From the NCBI RefSeq assembly GCF_006345805.1, contig NC_043014.1, forward strand, positions 24,614,001-24,678,000: a stretch of DNA of 64,000 nt, given 5' to 3'. Under the pieces are notes generated by a model. It was not told the DNA's origin and searched no databases. It worked only from the letters and a program-made list of their open reading frames with translations. The position numbers and the translations under genes are program-made. Shown one piece after another: positions 1 through 10,490 of the stretch. The number at the start of each line of letters is the position of its first letter. The first letter of the stretch is position 1. Source of the stretch: Octopus sinensis (Eukaryota).

Positions 1-510
1 GTGTAAAGACATTGTGAAAAGAGTTGTTGAAAAGTACTGTGTTACAGAATTGCGGAAAGCAAAGAAAGAGAAAGACTTTAAAGAACTTTGAACTGTATCG
101 TTAATGTAGAACTGATTTGTCTCTGAACTATAATGTGAACGTTAAAGTGATTTGAACTGTTGTCTCTGAACTGTATCTGCATGCTTTGATTTGTTGTTTC
201 CTTGTTTTCTTGCACGTATTTTCTTTGATGTATTTGATGTAATAATTGTTATAAACTACTGTTGTTAAATGTAGCCAATTGCCTTCCGCCGTCTCTCTTT
301 GTGTCTCTTCCTGCTGTTGTTTTTGTTTGTTGTTGTGTTATCTCCGGTCGCCGGTTGCCGAGTTCGCTGCCGCCCTCCCCTTGCCGAATTCTCTCTCTGA
401 GTCCATGGCGAATTCACCGTTCGATCGAGCCGGTCGATCGTCGTCGCTCGACTTGGTAGGGTCCCGTGTTTTTCCGAAGAGTTTGAGCGACGGCAGGTGA
501 TTCGTAACAG
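1..510. mobile_element. Possible LTR fragment or other TE end
   Basis: A GC-richer non-coding block ends in ...GTGATTCGTAACA at 510 (TGTTACG on the minus strand), which resembles a TG...CA LTR terminus. No PBS, PPT or partner LTR is visible. Confidence 0.2.
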
Positions 511-561
511 TATTTAATAATTTAAGTATTGTTTTAGTTTTCACTTATGTATATTTAGTAT

Positions 562-599
<38 letters not shown>

Positions 600-1050
600 C
601 GATAGGTGAATGAATTATCCTATGTTTACCGTCAATATGGAAAATTCGATGAACCGATACCAGGGTTGCAAATTCACGTCAGAAACACAGTTGAAGTGAC
701 CTGTCCAAGGGTAGAAACTCCGGGTTCATGTGCAGAAATTTATGTGTTATATATGAATAAATAAATAAATGGAGTTGAATGAAGATGTTAAAAAAATTCC
801 TTTACTCTCGACATATGTTTCGAAGACAACATGTTTTTATTCCAAAGGAATAAACGGTGCAAGATGCAATCTTCTCATCAGGAAAGAAAAGGAGCCTCTC
901 TCAACAACAGGACAAAACAAAAATTGCGATGGCTGCCTACATGGTAACCAAAACGATAATAAGTGTTTAAAAAAAACGTTAGTAGAATTGACGTCAAAGT
1001 TAGATAGTAGGAAGAGAAGGGTTAAAGGAATAATAGGTAGGGAACAATAT
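600..1050 (-). mobile_element. Penelope-like element pseudo-LTR (family A), solo copy
   Basis: The reverse complement aligns by eye with the regions that follow GIY-YIG ORFs at 23700-24180, 32300-32740 and 38500-38745 (shared GAAGATTGCAT, TTATTCC..GGAATAA, TTCGAAACAT.NGTCG and AACTCCATT). Confidence 0.75.
798..893 (-). ncRNA. Type I hammerhead ribozyme, intact core, long stem II
   Basis: Minus strand reads UCCUUUUCUUUC-CUGAUGA-GAAGA...UCUUC-GAAA-CAUAUG-UC-GAGAGUAAAGGA. Stem I pairs at 11 of 12 positions, stem II is GAAGA/UCUUC, stem III contains the palindrome ACAUAUGU, and the cleavage triplet is GUC. Confidence 0.85.
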
Positions 1051-1103
1051 ATATATATTAAAGTATATTTATTAATTTTTATTTTATTGTTCTAGTTTAT
1101 TTT

Positions 1104-1192
1104 TAACCTTATGAGTGACTATATTTATATCGAAGTGATTTCTCTACTACTATAATCATTTCTTAAATATAGCCACGAAACACGTGTCGTTA
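1104..1192 (+). ncRNA. Type I hammerhead motif with G5U core mutation (probably inactive)
   Basis: UAAC-CUUAUGA-GUGACUAUAUUUA...UAAAUAUAGCCAC-GAAA-CACGUG-UC-GUUA. Stem II pairs at 12 of 13 positions and contains an inner 9-bp hairpin; stem III contains the palindrome ACACGUGU. Confidence 0.75.
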
Positions 1193-1354
1193 TTCTACAA
1201 ATTATATACGTTTTTATTATTATTTTTTGCAATTTACTTAATCATTGACATTTTATTGTTAGTTTAATTTTAATATTTCTATTATATGTAATTTACTAGA
1301 TGGTGTAATTTAATTGTTCATTTTGAATTGATAAAAGGTAGTTTTTTTCAAATT

Positions 1355-1660
<306 letters not shown>

Positions 1661-1764
1661 TTTATAAATGAGGGTGAAAAATTTGATATTAATTTAATAA
1701 TACCATCAATTTAACACCAAGTGGCTTAGCACATAAAACCAGGGAGACAATATAAATTCATACA

Positions 1765-2352
1765 TAAATATAAGAGAGTGACCACTATGTGATTAACTCT
1801 AGTGCTAAAAATAGCTCCGTTACTGGTATAGCCACAAAAAGTTGTTTCCAAGAAGAAATAACATTACATTTAATGTAAGGAAAGTGAAACATAACGAAAA
1901 AATAGATTAACCCTGAACAATTGTTTCATTATTAATGTAATATGCAATTTTACTTACATAACATCTATAAATCATCGGCAGAGGTTTGTCTTGAATACAA
2001 ATTATTAGATCTTCATGAGTGTCTTATCATTCTTTTGGCGGGGGAATTTGAATCATAACTACGAATACAATCGATTAAACCACACGTGTATTTGACGCTC
2101 GTGATGGTTTAATAAATTGTATTTAAGACGAACCTCTGCCGATGATTTATAGATGTTATGTAAATAAAATTGCATATTACATTAATAATGAAACAATTGT
2201 TCAGGGTTAATCTATTTTTTCGTTATATTTCACTTTCCTTACGTTAAATGTAATGTTATTTCTTCTTGGAAACAATTTTTTGTGGCTATACCAGTAACGG
2301 AGCTATTTTTAGCACTAGAGTTAACCACATAGTGGTCACTCTCTTATATTTA
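1765..2352. repeat. Fold-back palindrome (MITE-like), arms about 260 bp, spacer about 68 bp
   Basis: 1765-2024 is the reverse complement of 2093-2352 (termini TAAATATAAGAGAGTGACC / GGTCACTCTCTTATATTTA). Mismatches are mostly transitions. Confidence 0.9.
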
Positions 2353-2400
2353 TATATAATTATATGTATATATATGTATATATATATATATATATGTGTG

Positions 2401-2450
<50 letters not shown>

Positions 2451-2453
2451 ATG

Positions 2454-2486
<33 letters not shown>

Positions 2487-2913
2487 ATCTCTTTATCTCT
2501 CTATATATACTTATATCAGAGGTGACTCCAGATCATCAGCATCACTCGGGCTCATCACAGATTTCGCATGAGACATATGTATAAAAGAAGGTAAGTGACG
2601 TAATGCATACCACAGACTTACATTTGCATGGATAATTTAACAGTAAGTAAGTTTTCTGCTTCTAACCAAAGAATGTCTCACATTTTCCCACAATATTTCT
2701 CGCCCCAAATAGCATATTTTTAATATCTAGCACCATGTCTTTCTCCCTTTCTAAGTTAAGGGTAAATATAAGGCAAACATACAAAACATAACTGATCTTT
2801 ACACATAGATGCACAGAGTAACAGCAATCGAATAATGATAGTGGAGTACACATCAAACATCAGCCATCTGATTGTGGCCTGTACTCTTGACAAGAGATGT
2901 CAGTCCTTTGCAC

Positions 2914-4950
2914 CAGTGCTTCTCAAACTACCTGTTGTGGCATACCGGCAGCTTTTTTTTCAATGTGCCAGGGACTGGTAATATTTCTTAGTAATATTAA
3001 TTTATACCGGAAACAATATTTATAATGAATATAAAAGCTGACAATTTTTTAAATCTTATATTTACTTTGTAAACAAATAATACAATATTACATAAGCATT
3101 TTTATAATCTTAATCTTTACTAATGTGAAAGGTGAGCCCGCTTCTTCTTTGTCAGTTTATCTAGTCGTGGTTTAATTGGGGACAGTGTATACTTATGTTA
3201 TTTCTGTACTTTGTGTTAACAACACTCATAGTTGAGAAGCCAGTCTTGCAGAGGTATGTTGAAGGCAATGGGAGAAGAGTTTTCAGAGCAATTTCACTAA
3301 GCTCAGGATATTCTGCTTTCACTTTAATCCAAAAGGAACCAAGTGATGTTATAGTTTCAAAACTCTTCTCCAATCCTTCTTCACAAGCCAACTCCAACAA
3401 TTTATTCTCCACAATGACACTTAGGTGTCAGTGGAATAAACAGATTTCAGATCCATCCATTCCCTTTCTGTGGATCTTCTGCTAGAAAGTAAAACTGAAA
3501 CCGGTCTGCCGGATTCGTCAATTGTTCTCTGATGACATTTCTTAGACATGTAGCATTAAGGTCTTCACCTGCATCAGTGATGATTGTCGCTAATTGATGA
3601 AACATGTCATAACAATCTTTTGACACTCGATTCTTCCATGCTTCTAGCTTTCATTTCTGTCCTTTGATCTTGTCTGCCATTGTAAAACACGAAGCCATCA
3701 TTCCCTGCATGGAGGTGTTGAGATCATTAAAGATGGCAAAGATATCAGCCAAATAAACCAGCTTGACAACCAATCCACATCTCCAAACAATTGTGACCAA
3801 TTTGGATTTTTGTCCTGAAGAAACTCGGCAAGCTCGTTTCATAGCTCAAACACTCTTGACAGGACTTTCCACATCGATAACCAACGTACATCGGTATGCA
3901 ATAGGAGCTGTTTATGATTAGCTCCCATATTATCACATGATGCAGTAAATAGTCTCGAATTTAAAGCATTCACCTTTACATGGTTGACAATTTTTATAAC
4001 TTCACTGAGCACACTGCTTAGTTCTGTTGACTTTTTTATTTCTTTCTGCAAGGGGAAGGAAGCAGTGTGATGAATTGCATTCTGGGGCAAGTGCCTTTAT
4101 CTGAGTAACCATTCCTGAATGCCGTCCTGTCATTATGGCAGCACCATCCAAACATATACCTACACAAAATGTGAAATCCAACCCAGATTTGTTAACGATG
4201 TAGTCGTTCACAGTCTTGAACACTTCAGAACTAGTTGTTTTTGTTGGTAGTGAAGCAGAGTAAAAAGACTCTTCCTTCAAATCACCTTCATGTTCAGAAT
4301 TGCCTGATTAGCAAAGTCTGCAAATTCATCAAGCTGCAAAGAAAAGTACTTTGCTAATTTAATCTGTCGTATGAGCTGATCTTCCATATTGTGAGCCAGA
4401 TTGTGAATTCATTGAGTTATAGTGTCACTTGAAAGTGCCACCTGAGCCACTTTCTTTGCTGTCGGCTTGCCTAGCATTTCCAGGCAGACATCTTGAATAC
4501 AGCATATCGCTAATATCTCACTGACTGTGTATGGCATTTTAGCCTTAGCAATTCGAAGTGCTACTTTATAAGAATCCTGCGAAGCACAAGTATTTATGTA
4601 TGACACTTTAAAGATCTGTTTCTGACATCCTTTTAAATCAAAATGCTTTCTTTCAAAGAACTCTTTTGGCTTTGAACTCATTCCATTATGCTTTGTATTT
4701 AAATGTCCCTTGAGATTTAATGGCCAACACATCTCCACAAATAACACACTTCAGTTTTTGCACTCTCCCATCATTTATGATCACAAATGTGCATTGAATG
4801 TATAGGGTGTTATATTTCCAAGTGAAGCTAGTACGAATTCTTTTTGCCTGTAATACTTCAGTTGCATTTACATCACCTTCATCTAATTCAAAATCGTGTT
4901 CAGCAACCAGATGTCTTGGCTTGATAAACATGTCCATCTGTAAATTAGGA
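2914..4950 (-). pseudogene. Decayed hAT (Buster/Charlie, ZBED5/SCAND3-like) transposase with one TIR
   Basis: TIR-like CAGTGCTTCTCAAACT at 2914-2929. Minus-strand fragments include CVICGDVL..HLNTKH (BED finger), GICLDGAAIMTGRHSG, LLLHTDVRWLS, KLVYLADIF and ALKTLLPLPSTYLCKTGFS. Many stops and frameshifts; the second TIR was not found. Confidence 0.9.
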
Positions 4951-5000
4951 ATAAAAATAATTAATATTGTTGCAAATATTCAAGTGTTTCTATCATTTTA

Positions 5001-5370
5001 TTTACTCTTTTACTCTTTTACTTGTTTCAGTCATTTGACTGTGGCCATGCTGGATCACCACCTTTAGTTGAGCAAATCAACCCCAGGACTTATTCTTTGT
5101 ATGCCTAGTAATTATTCTATTGGTCTCTTTTGCCAAACCACTAAGTTACAGGGATGTAAACACACCAGCATCAGTTGTCAAGCGATGTTGGGAGGACAAA
5201 CACAGACACACAGACATATACACACACATATATATATATATACATATATACAACGAGCTTCTTTCTTGGTCGGTCTGAGGTTATAGTAGAAGACACTTGC
5301 CCAAGGTGCCACGCTGTGGGACTGAACCCAGAACCATGTGGTTCGTAAGCAAGCTACTTACCACACAGCC
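5001..5370 (-). mobile_element. tRNA-type SINE, near full length
   Basis: Reverse complement of the 5950-6332 copy: head GGCTGTGTGGTAAGTAGCTTGCT...GGTTCAGTCCC, internal TA/CA microsatellite, tail CCAGCATGGCCACAGTCAAATGACTGAAAC followed by (AAAAGAGT)n. Confidence 0.85.
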
Positions 5371-5514
5371 AGGTAAATAGTTTTTTCTTAAATTTTTTTT
5401 AATGGAAGAAAATATTTTCCATGTGTAACAATTATAACTGAATTATTTTCTTTGTTTTTTTTGTGTTAAAAAGAAAATTATTATTCTGGTAAAATCTCTG
5501 GAATCTTGTGAATG

Positions 5515-5580
5515 CATTGATTGATTGATTGATTCCAGTTTCAGCTCATGAGCTGTGGCCATGCTGGGGCACCGCCATTT
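5515..5580 (-). mobile_element. Tiny 3' fragment of the CR1-like LINE/SINE tail
   Basis: Minus strand reads GGCGGTGCCCCAGCATGGCCACAGCTCATGAGCTGAAAC then (AATC)n; matches 61135-61173. Confidence 0.7.
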
Positions 5581-5949
5581 ACAGATGGACATGTTTATCA
5601 AGCATTGTTTTTAAATTATATTGAAAAATTACAGTTTAATATTTCTTTTAATGTAATAATAATAAAGAAGCCATTTGGGTATTATTAGAGGGCCACAATC
5701 ACAGTACATACATTATTACACCCACAGTAACAATATACTTGTCCTGATTGATTTTTTTTTTCTGCCACTTGAGAAAACGGAACTGGTAGGTAAGGAATTT
5801 AGTTAATTGAGATTTTTTGTTCTCATAATTTTAGTAAAAATTTATTTTATTACAAAGAGGATAAAAATGGTAAAGTTAAGATTATTCATACTTACATTCT
5901 CAGATCAGTGGGTTATAACAGGGTCCCAAATGACAAATGCGCATATATA

Positions 5950-6332
5950 GGCTGAAGAGTGGTTGTGTGGTAAGTAGCTTGCTTAAAAACCACAGGGCTC
6001 CAGGTTCAGTTCCACTGTGTGGCACCTTGGGCAAGTGTCTTCTACTATAGCCTCGGGCTGACCAAAGCCTTGGCAGATGGAAACTGAAAGAAGCCCATTG
6101 TATATGTATATATATATGTGTGTATATGTTTGTGTGTCGGTGTTTGCCTCCCCCCCCCTATTGCTTGATGACCAATGCTAGTGTGTTTACATCCCCCATT
6201 TAGCGGTTCAGCCAAAGAGACCGATAGAATAAGTACTAGGCTTACAAAGAATAAGTCCTGGGGTCGATTTGTTTGACTAAAGGTGGTGCTCCAGCATGGC
6301 CACAGTCAAATGACTGAAACAAATAAAAGAAT
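5950..6332 (+). mobile_element. tRNA-type SINE, near full length
   Basis: A/B-box-like head (TGGTTGTGTGGTAAG...GGTTCAGTTCC), body GGCACCTTGGGCAAGTGTCTTCTACTATAGCC, microsatellite core, LINE-like 3' tail. Confidence 0.85.
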
Positions 6333-7060
6333 ATCCATATGATGCTCTCTTGAATGGGTGACCAGCCTATTCACAAGATTGCCAGATATCCCCACTCACC
6401 AGAGCTCCACTACCTCAACTCACTCCCTTTTGATCTCACCACATCACTAGAAACAAATTCCTTTCTACAAGCTCAAACACTAATATAATCTTAATACTAC
6501 ACCAGTAAGTTATGGTAAATAGAAAATATATTGTCATATTACAAATATTCTACATTTACTTACGCAATCTCTACCACGGTCGGCTGATAAGTTGTTTACT
6601 GCAGTGTATAAGGCAAAATTACTGAAATTATGTTATTGTTTCTTTCTTTTCTGGAAACTCGCCATGTGCCAACAGCTGATGGCTCATGGATCAGCACAGG
6701 TCTGCAGACCACCACTTTAAGAAGCACTGCTTTACTCATTACAAGGCTCGTTCGTATTAAGCCCGAGTTATTACTGTATAACAGCAATCAAATAATGAAA
6801 GCAGAGTGCACAGCAAGCATCACCGATCTAACTGTCACCTGTTCACTTGACCAGAGATGTCAGTCCTTTTTACCTACCAGGCTCGTTCGTAATTAGCCCA
6901 TGAACTGCAACCAGGCTCAATAAATGCAGCTGCAATTACATACTTGAAGTCAGTATTGGCAGAAATTAAATCAGCTTGCAAATACATGTTCATTCTACTA
7001 AATTTAAACTTGGGCTAAGCCCAAACAGCCCGAGTGTCGGAGTCGCCACTGACTTATATA

Positions 7061-7213
7061 GGCACAGGAGTGGCTGTGTGGTAAGTAGTTTGCTTACCAA
7101 CCACATGGTTCTGGGTTCAGTAGCACTGCATGGCACCTTGGGCAAGTGTCTACTACTATAGTCTTGGGCCAACCTTGTGAGTGGATTTTGTAGACGGAAA
7201 CTGAAAGTAGCCC
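7061..7213 (+). mobile_element. 5' half of the same SINE family, directly abutting an RTE LINE
   Basis: Matches 5950-6100 up to GAAACTGAAAGTAGCCC, then RTE sequence begins. Confidence 0.8.
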
Positions 7214-10160
7214 CTCAGGCGGGGCTACCCGATGGACAGAAAGACCGATTCAGTGACACCCTACTGCTGACTACCTTGTTGACGAATGACAGGGATCTTC
7301 TCTTTGTGGCTGGTGACTTCAATGGACATATTGGACAACATACAGGGGGCTTCCATGGCATACATGGAGGCTACGGCTATGGTTCACACAACGAGGAGGG
7401 AACTAGGCTGCTGGAGTTCTGCAATGCAAATGATCTTATGGTTTGCAATACTAACTTCAGGAAACCTACCAGTCACCTAGTCACCTACTGATCGGGCTGG
7501 CATACTAGCGAAATTGTCTACATCCTTGCCAGAAAAAGGTATAAATGGCTGCTTATAAATTCCAAAACCTTCCCAGACGAAGAATGTACCCAACAAGATA
7601 GACTGGTAGTTAGTGACTTTAGGATCAGGACTAAGTGGACACCCAGAAGACGACCAGCATGGAAAAGAAGGGTCTGGAAGCTTAAAGATCCTGCAAATGG
7701 ACAGAGATTTAGAGACATATTACTCAAAGCCTTTGACGAAATAGAAGAGGATATAGCTTCACATAGTGTAGAAGACAACTGGAGGTTTCTACGGGACAAC
7801 ATGCTGAGAGCCACTGACCAGATCTGTGGATGGTGCAAAGTCCCTTCTCGACCCAAGGTAACGTGGTGGTGAAACAATACTGTAGACAGGGCTATTAGAG
7901 AAAAGAGACAGGCTTCAAAGGACTGGAAGAATGGTGGTAGCAGGCAATTGTATCAGACTGCCAGAAGAGAAGCTAGGAGACAGGTTTACTTAGCCAGAGG
8001 GGAAGCAGATAAGAAAAAATTTGCCAATGTTCTGCGCTGTGAGGTATTTCGTGTTGCAAGACAGTGTGTGAGAGAGAATCGAGATGTTGTAGGAGAGAAA
8101 TGTGTCTGCATGGATGATAGTTCTCTTTCGCTAAATGAAGCTGCAAAGAGAGAGGTTTGGAGACGCCACTATGAAAGGTTGCTGTATAAAGAAAATGAAT
8201 GGGAGAAAGAGAGTCTGCCGAATGACGACCCAGCAGAGAGACCAGCTATCCGAGTTGACAGTACCTTGGTAGATAAGGCAATTGGAAGTATGAAGACAGG
8301 GAAAGACCCCGGCCCATCAGGAATTACTGCAGAGATGCTCAAAATATCTGGAAGTGTTGGCTATAGCCTAGTCACCCGTGATACACCAGGTGATACACGA
8401 AGGAGTCATACCCAATGACTGGTGTAGCAGCATAATAGTTAACTGCTACAAAAGTAAAGGTGACGCTTTAGATACAAATAATTACAGAGGTATCAAGCTG
8501 TTGGATCAGGTAATGAAGGTCATGGAGAGGGTCATAGCACAACTAATTAGAGAGAGAGTCAGTTTAGATGAGATGCAGTTTGGGTTCGTGCCAGGGAAAA
8601 GCACCACTGATGCTATATTCCTGATAAGACAGCTGCAGGAGAAATACCTAGCCAAAGATAAACCTCTGTACCTGGCTTTTGTTGACATGGAGAAAGCCTT
8701 TGACAGCATCCTCCAATCCCTTATCTGGTGGTCATTGAGGAAGCTAGGGATAGATGAATGGTTAGTGAGAGCTGTGCAAGCCATGAACATGGATGCTGTC
8801 AGTAAGGTGAGGGTTGGCAACGAGTACACTGATGAATCCAGGGTAGAGGTAGGGGTCCACCAAGGTTCAATCCTCAGCCCCCTCCTATTTATCATAGTTC
8901 TCCAGGCAATAACGAAAGAATTCAAGACAGGATGCCCCTGGAAGCTTCTCTATGCTGATGAACTTGCTCTAATTGCTGAGTTACTATCAGAACTAGAGGA
9001 GACGTTTCAAGTGTGAAAACAAGGATTAGAATCGAAGAGCTCTTATCCCTGCTGGCGACAAAGGACCTCTCGCTCAGAGTAGAAGGTAGACTGTATGACA
9101 CATGTACGAACAGCCATGCTACATGGCAGTGAAACATGGGCTGTGACTGCTGAGGACATGCATAAGCTCACAAGGAATGAAGCCAGTATGATCCAATGGA
9201 TGTGTAATGTCAGTGTACATACTCGACAGAGTGTAAGTACCTTGAGAGAAATGTTGTACCTAAGAAGCATCAGTTGTGGTGTGCAAGAGAGATGACTGCG
9301 CTGGTATGGTCATATGGTGAGAATGGTTGAGGACAGCTGTGTGAAAAAGTGCCACACCCTAGCGGTTGAGGGAACCTGTGGAAGAGGTAGACCCAGGAAT
9401 ACCTGGGATGAAGTGGTGAAGTACGACGTTCGAACTTTGGGCCTCACCAAGGAAATGACTAGTGACCAAGACCTTTGGAAATATGCTGTGGTTGAGAAGA
9501 CCCGGCAAGCCAAATGAGACCATAACTTCGTGGCCTATGCCAGGGGTGTAACCAGCCCACTTGTGCCTACCTTTTCCTTCTTTCGACACTAAACTCTGCT
9601 TGCAAAGACCTGTTGAGGCAAGTGAAATCAAAATCAAAATCAAAGTGAAATTCGATGACGGGCATGAGCACCATATGAGCCTGATTGTTGACAGAGCAGC
9701 TAACCGGCTTCTGTGCCAGTGGCACATAAAAGGCATCAATCGAGAGTGTGATCGTTACCTGCATCACCTTACTGGAACTTGTTCCCATGCTAGTAGGGTT
9801 CCAAGAGCACCATCCGAGTGTGATCATTGCCAGAGCGGCTAACTGGCTTCCGTGTCGGTGGCATGTAAGAGGCACCATTTGAGCGTTACCAGTATCACCT
9901 ACCTGGCACCTGTGCTGTTGGCATGGGTAAAAAGATTTGAGTGAGGTCATTGCCATTACCGCCTGACTGGCCCCCGTGCAGGTGGCACATAAAAAGCACC
10001 CACTACACTCTCGGAGTGGCTGGCGTTAGGAAGGGCATCCAGCTGTAGAAACTCTGCCAGATCAAGACTGGAGCCTGGTGCAGCCATCTGGTTCACCAGC
10101 CCTCAGTCAAACCGACCAACCCATGCTAGCATAGAAAGTGGACGTTAAACGATGATGATG
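7214..10160 (+). mobile_element. 5'-truncated, decayed RTE-clade LINE (EN remnant + RT + 3'UTR)
   Basis: AP endonuclease motif LFVAGDFNGHIG..GYGSHNEEG, RT motifs QFGFVPGKSTTDAIF and YADE, C-terminal GSETW. The modular 3'UTR ends in (GAT)n. Multiple stops and an internal deletion at about 9040. Confidence 0.92.
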
Positions 10161-10490
10161 ATAGATGTATATGTATACATGTATGTGTAGATGTATATAT
10201 ATATATAGATGTACATGTAATATGTACACACACACACACACACACATATATACATGCATACATATAGACACCCATACACACAAACACACACACCTATACA
10301 CACACACACACATAGGTGCAGGTGTGGCTGTGTGGTAACAAACTTCGTTCCAAAACACATGGTCCTGAGTACAGTCACACTGTGTGGCGACTTGGCATGT
10401 GTCTTTTGCTATAGCCTCAGACCAACCAAAGCCTTGTCAGTGGATTTTGGAGACAGAAACTGAAAAAGTCAATTGTATATATATATATGT

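Noticed and set aside
2530-2596. Possible exon IISITRAHHRFRMRHMYKR before AAG|GTAAGT
   Set aside because: The donor is good but the acceptor is poor, and no protein was recognised.
2820-6880. About 95-bp similarity between 2820-2912 and 6780-6875 as a duplicated exon
   Set aside because: Substitutions are mostly non-synonymous in the open frame, which looks like a neutral old repeat.
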